A stretch of DNA of 64,000 bases from Chloroflexota bacterium (GTDB taxonomy: Bacteria > Chloroflexota > Anaerolineae > Aggregatilineales > Phototrophicaceae). Under the pieces are notes generated by a model, which was not told the origin of the DNA, did no database searches, and saw only the letters and a program-made list of their open reading frames with translations. Shown piece by piece: positions 1 through 10,405 of the stretch. The stretch is taken from the NCBI GenBank assembly GCA_020161935.1, contig JAIUNI010000004.1, positions 178,927 to 242,926 of the forward strand. The letters are read 5' to 3'. The position numbers and the translations under genes are program-made. Positions within the stretch are counted from its first letter, which is position 1. Every line of letters starts with the position of its first letter.

Positions 1-108
1 TTTAAACTATGATTTGTTTCAGTGACAATCGTTGCCATTTTAAAATGCCCCCTTGTACAAAATACTGTACGTAACCCCTAAAATAACACAGTACTATAAC
101 TATAAAAC

Positions 109-124
109 ACCGCCAAATGGCGTA
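109..124. promoter_or_regulatory. 7-2-7 palindromic operator (copper-island motif), upstream of copZ
   Basis: ACCGCCA-AA-TGGCGTA; near-identical copies recur upstream of other copper genes. Confidence 0.7.
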
Positions 125-186
125 TTCTCAACTTCCGGCAACATGGTAAAGTTGGCATATCAAATAGTTAAAGAGGAGAAAGCATT

Positions 187-402
187 TTGGAAACCAAGAC
201 CTTCAAGGTTCCGAATATGACCTGCAACGGCTGTGTCAGCACCGTTAAAGGTGAGATTGAGCAAATCACAGGTGTTGCGTTTGTCGATGTGAACAAGCCC
301 GCACAGCTTGTCACTGTAGAATGGAATACGCCAGCATCATGGGACTTGATTGAACAAGCACTGATCGGGATTGAGTACCCGCCTGTGCCAGCCGAATCAT
401 AA
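187..402 (+). CDS. copZ: Heavy-metal-associated (HMA) copper chaperone, CopZ-like
   Basis: 71 aa, MTCNGC metal-binding motif, TTG start after AGAGGAG RBS. Confidence 0.9.
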   Translation: METKTFKVPNMTCNGCVSTVKGEIEQITGVAFVDVNKPAQLVTVEWNTPASWDLIEQALIGIEYPPVPAES

Positions 403-440
403 GGGACTGTTACAAAAGCCAATAGACACTCAAATAAAGG

Positions 441-475
441 AAATCCCGCCTTCAAATGATAGACGGGATTTTTTT
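441..475 (+). terminator. Rho-independent terminator after copZ
   Basis: AAATCCCGCCT...AGACGGGATTT stem followed by T-run. Confidence 0.7.
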
Positions 476-733
476 GCGTGAGTAAATAGCGGTTAATGAC
501 TACTAACAAAGTGTATTTGGCGACTCTATTCCCCAATAATGCTGTAAAGCTTGGCACTATATTGATAATTTTGCTTGAGCGTGGGTTGCACGAATACTAA
601 AGGGCAGCATTATTATGGATCTCATCACTCCAGAACAAGCGAAGATGAGGATGTCAGTGCATGTGGGGTTATAGCACTAGAACATGTTCTTAAGGACATA
701 CGCTACCAACCGTTTTCCATCCTGAACTCACAA

Positions 734-877
734 ATGACTTGCATTTCATGGTTGTTTCATTGAAATCACATGAACTATCCCACACAGATTGTCACAGTAG
801 AATGAAATGTGACTGTGTATCGCGGGATATGTTCGAACAGATGCTGATCAGCATGGAATATCCGCAGGTGACAGTAG
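734..877 (+). pseudogene. Degenerate second copy of copZ
   Basis: Reads MTC...MNYPTQIVTVE*NVTV(frameshift)SRDMFEQMLISMEYPQV versus CopZ VNKPAQLVTVEWNTPASWDLIEQALIGIEYPPV; internal stop, frameshift and deletion. Confidence 0.75.
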
Positions 878-963
878 GAATTTAGCGAAAATCGGTAATT
901 TATGATTTATAGCGAGAGGCGAGTCAACTAAGCTCGCCCCTTATTAATTCATCAGGTGACGAT

Positions 964-3528
964 CTAAGCAGCTTTTGCTTTGGTAGTTGTCGCCATCGAA
1001 AGTGCTTTATCAGGTGAAATCCCCTCCATATTTGGAAGGAGTAGACCACGCAAGCGGAGACTGTTGCTTACAACGAAGACAGAAGAAAAAGCCATAGCCG
1101 CAGCAGCTAACATCGGGACAAGTGCTCCCGCCATCGCTACCGGAATAAGGATGATGTTGTAGACGAACGCCCAGAACAGGTTCTGGTAGATTGTCCGCAT
1201 TGTGGCCCGGCTGAGACTGACAGCCCGTGCAACACCACGCAGGTCGCCGCTTACCAGTGTGACATCAGAGGCTTCCATCGCAATATCTGTGCCTGTGCCA
1301 ATAGCAATACCAACATCCGCTTGCGCCAATGCTGGAGCGTCGTTAATCCCATCACCGACCATTGCCGTGCGTTTGCCTTCTAACTGTAACTGTTTGACTG
1401 CCGCAACCTTTTGATCGGGCAACACATCAGCCAAGACACGCTCGATACCCACTTCACCGGCAATCGCCTGCGCGGTTCGCTCATTGTCACCTGTGACCAT
1501 CACCACTTCAAGCCCCAAGGCTCGCAGTGAAGCAACCGCCTCACGTGACCCTTCTTTTACCGTATCCGCAATGCCAATGAGACCGCTCAGCACATCATCA
1601 ATTAGCACTAATACCACCGTCCGCGCTTTGCTTTGGAGGGCTTCTATCTGGGATTGTATCGCATGTAATTCATAGCCCTGTTCACGTATAAAACGTGGAC
1701 TGCCGACGAGTATGATCTTTCCATCGACCACCGCCCGAATGCCACGTCCTGACTCCGCTTCAAATGACTGCGGCTGAGTCAGTGATATACCGTGTTCCTG
1801 TGCAGCCTTCACCACAGCCTGACCCAGTGGATGCTCGCTGCCACGCTCAGCAACCGCCGCAAGCCGCAGTAGTTCAACCGTATCCAGATTCTTGAGCGGA
1901 ACAATGTCGGTTACACTTGGTTCGCCGCGTGTGATTGTGCCTGTTTTATCTAGTGCGACCACCTGCACCCGCTTGGCATTCTCCAGCGCCTCACTGTTCT
2001 TAAACAGAACCCCCATTTCTGCGCCACGCCCGGTACCGACCATAATGGCGGTAGGAGTTGCTAGACCTAGAGCGCACGGGCAGGCGATCACCAGCACGGC
2101 GACTGCATTGACCATCGCGGCTGTGAATCCGACCTGACCGATAACCATCCAACCGAGGAAGGTCAGTGCGGCCAGTATAAGTACCACGGGTACAAATATG
2201 CCGGAAACTTGATCGGCAATACGCTGAATCGGTGCTTTCGAACCCTGAGCTTGTTCGACCAGTCGTACAATTTGTGCCAAAGCGGTCTGAGCGCCCACTT
2301 TTTGCGCCTCAATCACCAGCCGACCCTGTTTGTTGATCGTCGCGCCAATGACTTCGCTGCCCCTTTCTTTGTTGACTGGTAGACTTTCACCCGTCAGCAT
2401 GGACTCATCTATCGCCGAACGCCCTTCAATCACAATCCCATCTACTGGGATACGTTCGCCGGGGCGCACGATGAGCAGATCGCCGGCCATTACATCATCT
2501 ACTGCGACTTCAATTTCCTGACCATCGCGGAGCAGGGTCGCGACTTTGGGCGCAAGACCCATCAATTTCTTGATCGCCTCACTGGTGCGTCCTTTAGCAC
2601 GGGCTTCCAGCAGTTTGCCAAGTGTAATCAGCGTTAAAATGACGGCTGCCGTCTCAAAGTAAACATGATTGCCCACTGAATTGGCAAAGCCAAACATAAT
2701 ACCCATCAACACGACGAGGCTGTAGATATACGCTGCCAATGACCCCATCGCAATCAGTGTGTCCATATTGGCAGAACTGTTGCGTGCCGCTTTATACGCG
2801 CCGACCATATACTGCCGTCCAACAATTACTTGAACAGGGGTTGCAAACAGAAAGAAGACAAACGGCCACCCTGCCCACAACAGCCAATTGAGTGCCGGTG
2901 TGGGGCCAGCCATGGCACCCGATTGGATCATCCCACTCATATCCATACCTGCAAAACTACTCATGTAGAGGTCACGTGCCATGCTGAGCAGGAATAACGG
3001 GATTGTGAACACAGCGCCGATTAGCACCATGCGACGCTGACGGTCAATTTCCTCCTGACGCGCAGTCCTTTCAGCATCTTCAGGCATTTCAGTGTTCGAG
3101 AGATCGATAACTCCGTATCCCGCCGACTCAACGGCTTTTACCAAATCGCCACGCCGTATTGCGCCCGGCAGATAGCTTACTGCGGCCTTCTCAGTTGCAA
3201 GATTAACATTCACCGACAAGATACCCGGCTGCTTCTGAATAGCACGTTCCACATTGCGAACGCAGCTTGCACAGGTCATGCCCGTAATCGGGAGTTCGAT
3301 AGAACCGGTTGCCACGCCATACCCTGCACCATTCACCTGTTGAATTATGTGATTAATATTGACCTTACTGGGATCATATTGAACACTCGCCCGTTCTGTG
3401 GCAAGGTTGACAGAGGCTTCGTCAACACCTTCGGTTTTTTTCAGCGCACGCTCAACGTTACGAACACAACCTGCACAGGTCATGCCTGTAATCGGCAATT
3501 CAATCTGTTGGATATTTGTTTCTGCCAT
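964..3528 (-). CDS. copA: Cu(I)-translocating P1B-1 ATPase with two N-terminal HMA domains
   Basis: GMTCAGC and [33 protein letters not shown] and MAFSS motifs. Confidence 0.96.
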   Translation of the reverse strand: MAETNIQQIELPITGMTCAGCVRNVERALKKTEGVDEASVNLATERASVQYDPSKVNINHIIQQVNGAGYGVATGSIELPITGMTCASCVRNVERAIQKQPGILSVNVNLATEKAAVSYLPGAIRRGDLVKAVESAGYGVIDLSNTEMPEDAERTARQEEIDRQRRMVLIGAVFTIPLFLLSMARDLYMSSFAGMDMSGMIQSGAMAGPTPALNWLLWAGWPFVFFLFATPVQVIVGRQYMVGAYKAARNSSANMDTLIAMGSLAAYIYSLVVLMGIMFGFANSVGNHVYFETAAVILTLITLGKLLEARAKGRTSEAIKKLMGLAPKVATLLRDGQEIEVAVDDVMAGDLLIVRPGERIPVDGIVIEGRSAIDESMLTGESLPVNKERGSEVIGATINKQGRLVIEAQKVGAQTALAQIVRLVEQAQGSKAPIQRIADQVSGIFVPVVLILAALTFLGWMVIGQVGFTAAMVNAVAVLVIACPCALGLATPTAIMVGTGRGAEMGVLFKNSEALENAKRVQVVALDKTGTITRGEPSVTDIVPLKNLDTVELLRLAAVAERGSEHPLGQAVVKAAQEHGISLTQPQSFEAESGRGIRAVVDGKIILVGSPRFIREQGYELHAIQSQIEALQSKARTVVLVLIDDVLSGLIGIADTVKEGSREAVASLRALGLEVVMVTGDNERTAQAIAGEVGIERVLADVLPDQKVAAVKQLQLEGKRTAMVGDGINDAPALAQADVGIAIGTGTDIAMEASDVTLVSGDLRGVARAVSLSRATMRTIYQNLFWAFVYNIILIPVAMAGALVPMLAAAAMAFSSVFVVSNSLRLRGLLLPNMEGISPDKALSMATTTKAKAA

Positions 3529-3589
3529 CTTATTCTCCCAATACTTTTATCTCACAGGGTAAGGATAAATCAGTGCGGACGTAAGGAGA

Positions 3590-3605
3590 TGCGCCAAATG
3601 GCGTA
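3590..3605. promoter_or_regulatory. 7-2-7 palindromic operator upstream of copA
   Basis: TGCGCCA-AA-TGGCGTA, ~61 bp from the copA start (copZ site is ~62 bp from its start). Confidence 0.7.
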
Positions 3606-3658
3606 TAGTGAGGCGATTAGATGATTGCTCCAATGACCCATTTTCATCTGCACCCGCA

Positions 3659-3850
3659 TTATCGGCTGCTGCCATCTGACGAAAATCCTAGCCTTTGAAT
3701 ATGCGGGAATTGGATGAGTTGTGCTGCCACTTGGATTTGAATGGAATTCGATCTGATTAGGTAAGCTGCCATTGGCACGGCAAGTCCAATCAGAATTACG
3801 ACGACACCGACAATCTAAAGTAGGCGATAATTTAGCTGTCGGCACGTCAT
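3659..3850 (-). pseudogene. Remnant of a membrane-anchored/secreted protein gene
   Basis: Frame reads MTCRQLNYRLL*IVGVVVILIGLAVPMAAYLIRS...FPHIQRLGFSSDGS: TM segment plus a HIHGLG.S.DG-like propeller start, with an early stop. Confidence 0.4.
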
Positions 3851-3963
3851 GAAGCATTCTTTTGAGAACTCGTAAAGAGTTGTCCGCAAAATTAAGACTT
3901 CTTAGCGTTATTTTGTATTTGTTGATGGATTAAAAGTATCGAGATTTGCAGTCATATACAATA

Positions 3964-3979
3964 CGCGCCAAATGGCGTG
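3964..3979. promoter_or_regulatory. 7-2-7 palindromic operator
   Basis: CGCGCCA-AA-TGGCGTG. Confidence 0.65.
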
Positions 3980-3992
3980 TCAGATGTCTTTA

Positions 3993-4493
3993 CTAATCTA
4001 GCCTCGCTTCGGTTTCTGCTCGACGTTCTGTCAGGAGTTGCTGACTATCGCGCTGGTCATCCGTCCACCAAAGTTTGATATATTCGATAACAGCAGTGAT
4101 CTCTTCATCGGGCAATTTGCCTTCAAAACTTGGCATTGGGAAATGATCCAGTGGGTTTTGAATTCCGGCATTAACAACCTCCAATAAAAGTTGATCGGGA
4201 TGCTGCCAAGTATGACCAGTGGCATTGTGAGGCGGAACTGTATTCATGCCTAAACTCAAGGTATTTCGTGTCGATGATGGTGGTTGTCCTTCACCACCGT
4301 AACCATGACAATGAGCGCATTGGCGCATATAAACCTGCTCACCTATTTGCAAACTTGGACTAGCAGCAATTTCAGCAATACGCTCTGGCGAGTCTGTTGG
4401 CTGGATCGATAAAGGTGCTGGTGTTGAATTCGAAGAACAAGCACTACCAAGCAACACAATAAAAGTAACAAATAGAACGACTTGTAAACGCAT
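3993..4493 (-). CDS. Monoheme c-type cytochrome lipoprotein
   Basis: Lipobox LLGSAC, CAHCH heme motif, PPH..GHTWQHPD, distal MP. Confidence 0.9.
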   Translation of the reverse strand: MRLQVVLFVTFIVLLGSACSSNSTPAPLSIQPTDSPERIAEIAASPSLQIGEQVYMRQCAHCHGYGGEGQPPSSTRNTLSLGMNTVPPHNATGHTWQHPDQLLLEVVNAGIQNPLDHFPMPSFEGKLPDEEITAVIEYIKLWWTDDQRDSQQLLTERRAETEARLD

Positions 4494-4515
4494 TTATTCT
4501 CCAAAAATAAAGGGG

Positions 4516-4542
4516 AGGGCGAAACAATAATGATTTCGCCCT
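4516..4542. terminator. Hairpin downstream of copB
   Basis: AGGGCGAAA...TTTCGCCCT inverted repeat. Confidence 0.5.
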
Positions 4543-4551
4543 GTTTGAAAA

Positions 4552-6837
4552 TTAGGCTTTCGTCAAATCTAGGCCACGCATCAACTGTGCGTTGATCGAG
4601 ACCACCACCGTGCTGACCGCCATAAACACCGCACCAATCGCTGGATCTAGTGTGATACCGACAGGAGCAAGAATACCCATTGCCAATGGAATGGCGACAA
4701 CGTTATAGCCTGTTGCCCAAATCAAATTTTGGATCATCTTGCGGTAGGTTGCACGGCTGAGACGGATAATCTTCACGATGTCTAGTGGGTTCGAGCGCAC
4801 CAGAATAATCCCGGCACTCTCAATCGCCACATCGGTTCCTGCGCCAATGGCAATTCCAACATCGGCAGTCACCAGCGCTGGAGCGTCGTTCACACCGTCA
4901 CCAACCATCGCCACCTTATTTCCACCTTGCTGCAACTCCCGCACCTTATCGGCTTTATGTTCGGGAAGTACTTGGGCAAAGTAAGTGTCAATTTCCAGTT
5001 CCTTCGCAACGGCACCTGCTACTGCTTCACTGTCACCCGTAAGCATTGCTACTTTTAACCCTAAGTCATGCAACTGTTTGATCGCTTGCCTGCTTTCCTC
5101 GCGGATCACATCTGCAATAGCAAATAAGGCCACAATTTCAGTCTGATTTGCCAGATAAATGACTGCCTTACCCGAATTCTCAGCTTTTTGTTTAGCAACT
5201 TCCAGTACTGATGGCACCTTCAGCCCTTGCTGTTCAAGTAGGCGCGGCCCACCGATATAATACGTTGTACCGTTTACGCTTGCCTTTACGCCGCGCCCAG
5301 CAATGCTCTCAAAGTTGCTTACTGACACCGTGTCCACGTTTTCTGCTTGTACATACCGGCGGATAGCCTCAGCAACCATGTGTTCGCTATCTCCCTCAAT
5401 CCCGGCGGCGATACCTAGAGCTTCCTCCCGGCCTAAACCATTCACGGCAAAGTCCACAACTCCCTGCTCACCCTTGGTTAACGTCCCAGTTTTGTCAAAG
5501 ATGATGTAGTTGAGGTCTTTCGCAGATTCCAGCGCCATACGTTTACGCACTAACAAACCATTGCGGGCGGAAAGCGTAGTCGAAATCGCCACCACAAGCG
5601 GTACGGCTAGACCCAGCGCGTGAGGGCAGGCAATGACCAGTACGGTCACCGTATTACGCACCGCATCTGAGAGACTACCCGTGAACACTAACCAACCAAT
5701 CATGGTCAAGATGCCAGCGATGATAGCGATGATGGTTAGGTAAAATGCTGCCCGCTGTGCTAATGTTTGGGCACGGGATTGGCTCTTCTGAGCATCTTCG
5801 ACCAAGCGCATAATGCCCGCCAGCGCGGTGTTCGCGCCGACTTTCTGAATTTCGACACGCAGCGAACCAGAGGTGTTGACCGTGCCGCCAATGACTTGGT
5901 CGCCAGCACGCTTGTGAACTGGCATACTTTCGCCGGTAATCATGGCCTCATTAACGCTACTTTCACCTTCCGCCACGAGTCCATCTGATGGAACACTTGC
6001 TCCTGGACGAATAAGGACACGATCTCCCGCCTGTAACTGGCTTGCTTCAATCGTTTCTGTTTCACCTGATGGCAATAGGCGTTCGGCGGTGTCCGGGAGT
6101 AGTTTCGCTAGTTCCCGCAGCGCACCCTGCGCCTGCCCCACGCTACGAAGCTCAATCCAGTGTCCGAGTAGCATGACGGTGATTAGGGTCGCCAGTTCCC
6201 AGAAGAAGTCCATCATCACGCCCGGCTGCATCCCCATTTCGTCCATTGGAGGAAAGAAGAAAAGACCGAGGCTGTAAAGATAGGCAGTGGTAATCGCCAG
6301 TGAGATCAGGGTCATCATCCCTGGTTGACGTAAAGCAAGTTCCTGCCGTGCCATTCCTAAAAATGGTAGCCCGCCATAGAAAAAGATTATGCTGCCGAGA
6401 ACAGGCGCGATGAATTCGCTGCCGAGAAAGGTTGGCATTGAGAAGCTAAACCAGTTCTGAATCATGGGTGAGTACAGCAGCACAATCAGGGTTAGTGGTA
6501 ATGAGACAAAGAAGCGGTTCCGCATCATGTTCGTATGACCTTCGTGCATCACCCCATGCCCAGCATGAGCTTCATGAGAACCATGACTAACATGACTACC
6601 ATGCATGTTGGCTGGCTCTAGCATTTCATTTGCCCGATAATCTTTGCTGTGGGCTACTTGATTCGTAGCGTCTTCAATTGGCGACTCATGTCCTATGTGA
6701 TCAGCATGTTTCATTGTAGGTTGCACATCATGATCATCCTGATGTTGATGGTTGTGGTGATGATCGTCTCGATGGTCGGCAGTAGCTTTATTCGGTTCCA
6801 GTGGAGAAGTATTCATTTTACTCTCCCATCCTTTCAT
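4552..6837 (-). CDS. copB: Copper-translocating P1B-3 ATPase with His-rich N-terminus
   Basis: His-rich N-terminus, TGES, CPH, DKTGT, GDGVNDAP, YN. Confidence 0.95.
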   Translation of the reverse strand: MKGWESKMNTSPLEPNKATADHRDDHHHNHQHQDDHDVQPTMKHADHIGHESPIEDATNQVAHSKDYRANEMLEPANMHGSHVSHGSHEAHAGHGVMHEGHTNMMRNRFFVSLPLTLIVLLYSPMIQNWFSFSMPTFLGSEFIAPVLGSIIFFYGGLPFLGMARQELALRQPGMMTLISLAITTAYLYSLGLFFFPPMDEMGMQPGVMMDFFWELATLITVMLLGHWIELRSVGQAQGALRELAKLLPDTAERLLPSGETETIEASQLQAGDRVLIRPGASVPSDGLVAEGESSVNEAMITGESMPVHKRAGDQVIGGTVNTSGSLRVEIQKVGANTALAGIMRLVEDAQKSQSRAQTLAQRAAFYLTIIAIIAGILTMIGWLVFTGSLSDAVRNTVTVLVIACPHALGLAVPLVVAISTTLSARNGLLVRKRMALESAKDLNYIIFDKTGTLTKGEQGVVDFAVNGLGREEALGIAAGIEGDSEHMVAEAIRRYVQAENVDTVSVSNFESIAGRGVKASVNGTTYYIGGPRLLEQQGLKVPSVLEVAKQKAENSGKAVIYLANQTEIVALFAIADVIREESRQAIKQLHDLGLKVAMLTGDSEAVAGAVAKELEIDTYFAQVLPEHKADKVRELQQGGNKVAMVGDGVNDAPALVTADVGIAIGAGTDVAIESAGIILVRSNPLDIVKIIRLSRATYRKMIQNLIWATGYNVVAIPLAMGILAPVGITLDPAIGAVFMAVSTVVVSINAQLMRGLDLTKA

Positions 6838-6887
6838 AAGCGTGTGTTTCTTATCTTGGATATTAACCCTCCAGAACGAGATTGATA

Positions 6888-6903
6888 TGCGTCATTTAGC
6901 CTG
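6888..6903. promoter_or_regulatory. Degenerate 7-2-7 operator upstream of copB
   Basis: TGCGTCA-TT-TAGCCTG. Confidence 0.45.
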
Positions 6904-6928
6904 TTTATGACACACAATGTAGGTCGTG

Positions 6929-7387
6929 CTAACCTCCAGCTTCGGTAGCCTGCTGTTGGCGAGTACGTTGTTCATCGTTCCACAAAGTCTTTATGTGAGC
7001 CAGCACTGCCATTATTTCATCTTCAGAGAGCTGATCGCCAAAAGCAGGCATAGGATAGAAATTTACAGGGTCGGTCAGGCTGATTCCCCCTTCACGAATA
7101 TATCGAATGAGCATCTCATCTCCGTGATGCCAAGTATGCCCGATGCCATTGTGAGGTGGAGCACCGATACGTCCAGTACCATCTGGCTTATTGGGCGCAT
7201 CAGGAAACTGACCTTCCCCATTTGCGCCATGACAGGAAGCGCAGGACTGAGCATAGATTTGCTGCCCTTGTGCCATTTGTTTGGTGTCATAAGTGACCCC
7301 CCTCACGATGATCTCCTCTGGCTGACTGCCACAACCGACCAATACCAACCCAAGCAATCCAAGTAACCCGATCCAACGCAATCTCAT
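6929..7387 (-). CDS. Monoheme c-type cytochrome lipoprotein
   Basis: Lipobox LVGC, CASCH, APPHNGIGHTWHHGD, MPAF. Confidence 0.92.
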   Translation of the reverse strand: MRLRWIGLLGLLGLVLVGCGSQPEEIIVRGVTYDTKQMAQGQQIYAQSCASCHGANGEGQFPDAPNKPDGTGRIGAPPHNGIGHTWHHGDEMLIRYIREGGISLTDPVNFYPMPAFGDQLSEDEIMAVLAHIKTLWNDEQRTRQQQATEAGG

Positions 7388-7463
7388 TATGTTATCGCTC
7401 CCGTCATGTCATTCATGCTGTCGTGATGCTATATGTGGTCTGCCGCTGTTGTTGAGTGAAATT

Positions 7464-7882
7464 CTATTTTTCATTCCATATCGTTTTGATATAGGCGATA
7501 ATCAAAGAAATTTGCTCATCAGATAATTGATCGGCAAAAGCTGGCATCAGGTAGTAAATTTCAGGATAATGTAAGCTTACGCCGCTTTCGCGCACGTATC
7601 GGATCAGCCAATCGTCTGGATGATGTGATGTGTGACCGTTCCCGTTGTGGGGCGGCGCACCTAATCGTCCAGTTTGGTCTGGCAATAGCGGCAGATCAGG
7701 AAACTGACCTTCGCCATTCGCCCCGTGACACGATGCACAGTATTGTGAGTAGAGCTGTTGCCCCTGTGCGATTTGCTTGGTATCGAACGAGATACCACTT
7801 ACACTCACTGATCCAGATTGACCAGCGCATCCGACCAACCCGAAGCCGAAAAGTACAATCAGCCCTAAAAAACCACTTTCAT
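7464..7882 (-). pseudogene. Frameshifted c-type cytochrome lipoprotein paralogue
   Basis: CASCH and close similarity to 6929-7387. The natural ATG (7882, ATGA overlap with the upstream stop) is out of frame at a T6 run; one extra T gives MKVVFLGLIVLFGFGLVGC. The TAG at 7464 may also be premature. Confidence 0.7.
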
Positions 7883-8346
7883 TCTATCGTCTCGGCATTC
7901 AATAGCTCTCGCCCGCTGTTCTGCCACGCATTCATTCCGCCCGGTACATCGTAAAGGTTGGTATAGCCGAGTTCGATCAACGCCCGACTTGCTTCTTCAC
8001 TCATTCTTCCGCTGCGACAATATAGAATGATCGATGCATGTTTGTCTGGCAGTATGCTGCTGAGGGATGCAATATCGTTGTAGGCAATTCTCATATCGGT
8101 TTCTGCTACTTCGCCTTCATAGGGGATGTGCACATTGACAATCGTATACTCGTCAGCCTCGTCAGTAACGATGTTGGCAAAATCGTCAATGGTCAGCGTT
8201 TGATACATGCCAGTTGATGTAGTCATAACTGATCTGTCATCCACCATCTCAGAAACGGCTGTACTTGATGAACTGCAAGCTGTCATAGAAATTGCCAGCA
8301 CCATCGTGATGAAAACTAATATCGTGTAGCGAAGATGTTGATTCAC
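7879..8346 (-). CDS. Rhodanese-like domain lipoprotein
   Basis: Lipobox MTAC, YCRSGRMS active loop, GGMNAW. Confidence 0.9.
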   Translation of the reverse strand: MNQHLRYTILVFITMVLAISMTACSSSSTAVSEMVDDRSVMTTSTGMYQTLTIDDFANIVTDEADEYTIVNVHIPYEGEVAETDMRIAYNDIASLSSILPDKHASIILYCRSGRMSEEASRALIELGYTNLYDVPGGMNAWQNSGRELLNAETIE

Positions 8347-8379
8347 TAAATGTCACCCTTAAGCTAAAATGAACCTTTG

Positions 8380-9276
8380 TTATTGTTCTACCGCTCGCGC
8401 TACAAACTCAAATTCTAAGGTGACTGCCTCAGCAACCCCATGATAATCAAACATATTCTCGGAATCATTCAAAATACCAAATTCACTTCGGTTAACGATT
8501 GTATGCCCTAGACCCCGCAGTTCGCTCATACTTACGATGGTAAGTGATACATCGAAGGTCACAGACCGAGTAGTGCCGCGCAGTACGAGATCACCGGTTA
8601 CCTGAAAGGTGAGTGTCTGACCGATCCCTACTTGACCAGATAATCCCGCTATCGAAGTCGGAGTAAAATCGGCGAATTCGTAAGCAGCTTGGGCTGAGAG
8701 CAAAACACAGCAGCGGATAGAGCGATCACGGTCAGCGCTATCTGTTTGTAATGTTCGCATATTAACTCGAATCACCCCAATGCGAGAATTTGAAGGTGTA
8801 TTGAAATCAACAATGATGTCGCCCGCGACTTGATTAGTTCTTCCAATCGCTGTAGCAAGAGGCATGGTCTCACTAACCGAAAAACGCGCTTCGGATTCTT
8901 CAGAAACAATACGGAACAACTGTGGTTCTAATACAGTCAACGGAGACACTATCCCTGACTGAGAAGTTACAGTACTAGTTGAAGTTGCTGTAGACTGAAT
9001 TGTCGCTCCAGTAGTCAGAGTTTGTTCTTGAATTGGTGAAACAGTACCGGATGTTGCTTGAGCTACTATAGGTGTACCGAACATTTCAAGCGATAGAGTG
9101 GGAGCGCTGATAGGTACACTTGGAGCGGCTGTTCCTCCAGTTATACTAATGAAGAGAAACACACCACTAATACCACCCATAACTGCCCCAATGCCCAGCA
9201 TCCCCAAACCAAACAAAACAAGTTTCCAAGTATTATTTCGCATATGTACATTAGAAGGGTATCGAGAATATTCCAC
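8380..9276 (-). CDS. YceI-family protein with N-terminal TM anchor and S/T-rich linker
   Basis: ESEARFSV, RD..I, TGDLVLRGTTRSVTF, RSEFGI motifs; true start may be the ATG at 9244 region. Confidence 0.85.
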   Translation of the reverse strand: MEYSRYPSNVHMRNNTWKLVLFGLGMLGIGAVMGGISGVFLFISITGGTAAPSVPISAPTLSLEMFGTPIVAQATSGTVSPIQEQTLTTGATIQSTATSTSTVTSQSGIVSPLTVLEPQLFRIVSEESEARFSVSETMPLATAIGRTNQVAGDIIVDFNTPSNSRIGVIRVNMRTLQTDSADRDRSIRCCVLLSAQAAYEFADFTPTSIAGLSGQVGIGQTLTFQVTGDLVLRGTTRSVTFDVSLTIVSMSELRGLGHTIVNRSEFGILNDSENMFDYHGVAEAVTLEFEFVARAVEQ

Positions 9277-9357
9277 ACCTGTTTACCTCGGTTTTAGATT
9301 TCCAATTCTTGATCTCAGGTTTTCAGGAAGGATAGCAAAAATTAGCTGGTGAGGTCA

Positions 9358-9406
9358 TACGCCGTTTGGCGGGCTAAGCAAAGTAAAAGATAGGCTATTT
9401 GGCCTA
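9358..9406. promoter_or_regulatory. Tandem pair of 7-2-7 operators (33-bp period)
   Basis: TACGCCG-TT-TGGCGGG (9358-9373) and TAGGCTA-TT-TGGCCTA (9391-9406) between divergent genes. Confidence 0.65.
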
Positions 9407-9545
9407 TACGCTGCTCAAATAGCCCATCTACCATGTCAATTTAGTGGACATCCCAGTTCAATGCTCGCTCCAACCATCTGTTGTAAGTTGCCATTTTCGC
9501 TTCAAGTGATGAATATCGAGTACTACGAGGTTTGTTACAAAATCT

Positions 9546-9981
9546 ATGTCTATCTAGCGACTGGTGTTGATGGCGACACTACATTTCATAAATATATCCG
9601 CGCTCATGTATGTCATGGCAAACACATTCAGCAAGCTGATCTCCAATCTGAACAACGCTTACATAGCGGTGCTGATGACCTCTCCCATGTTGGTATTGGA
9701 AGTATTTCTCATGGGGTTTATGTATGAAAACAAGCGTGCAATTCGAATTATCACGGTAGAGCCTATTGTTGCATTTGCACTTTCTTTCTCATTAGGCAAC
9801 GACTGCAATTCGAGACCGTGAACTCGTCCGTTCAATGATTCCCCATCACACTGGTGCAATTTTGATGTGTGAACAAACCTCACTTGACGATACTGAAATT
9901 ATTGTGTTGTGCGAAACTCTCATTGATTCACAGGAAGCCGAGATCGCTCAGATGAAAGCGATCCTTGACCGACTTGAATAA
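9546..9981 (+). pseudogene. Disrupted membrane-anchored DUF305 (CopM-like) gene
   Basis: ATG then early TAG; TM helices; after a frameshift, RSMIPHHTGAILMCEQ...IDSQEAEIAQMKAILDRLE*. Confidence 0.8.
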
Positions 9982-10027
9982 GAGTTAGCATCGAGACCTT
10001 TGACGACGTACGATGGTGAAAATAACA

Positions 10028-10076
10028 TACGCCATTTGGCGTGTTTTATGGCTCAAAAAACAGGCAATTTAGCGGG
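10028..10076. promoter_or_regulatory. Tandem pair of 7-2-7 operators (33-bp period)
   Basis: TACGCCA-TT-TGGCGTG (10028-10043) and CAGGCAA-TT-TAGCGGG (10061-10076). Confidence 0.7.
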
Positions 10077-10149
10077 TTAAGCATATGCTCCTGTAGTTCT
10101 ATAATCCAAATTGCGGACTGTGGAGCATCACTTACTCGGAGCTAATGCC

Positions 10150-10368
10150 ATGTCACAACCCTCGCTTGAGAAATTAACAGGAAGAAACGGAAAAGGAGGA
10201 TTGGTTCTTGCTCTGATTTTCGGTTTACTGATCATCTGGATAATTTATACTGCCTCGCAAAGTTCTGTCGTTAAGTCGAATCTTGGGTCAACATCTCGTA
10301 TGGATCAAGATATGAACCAGATGTCCACGACGCAAATGCCTAACAGTATGCCTGGCATGAACCACTAA
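10150..10368 (+). CDS. Small single-TM protein with Met-rich C-terminus (putative Cu-binding)
   Basis: One TM helix, ends MDQDMNQMSTTQMPNSMPGMNH; ATG at 10150 after GGAG. Confidence 0.65.
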   Translation: MSQPSLEKLTGRNGKGGLVLALIFGLLIIWIIYTASQSSVVKSNLGSTSRMDQDMNQMSTTQMPNSMPGMNH

Positions 10369-10405
10369 TCGCAAGTTAAACGAAACATATGTACAGGAGA
10401 TAATT

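Noticed and set aside
3570-3857. 95-aa minus-strand ORF upstream of copA
   Set aside because: No motif, and it runs through the copA operator; a different frame better explains the region as a pseudogene.
168-8000. Many 60-130 aa ORFs antisense to or overlapping copZ/copA/copB/cytochromes (and similar shadows over dnaE2, the helicase and hsdR, e.g. 45687-46769)
   Set aside because: Shadow frames of well-supported genes; no RBS or motifs.
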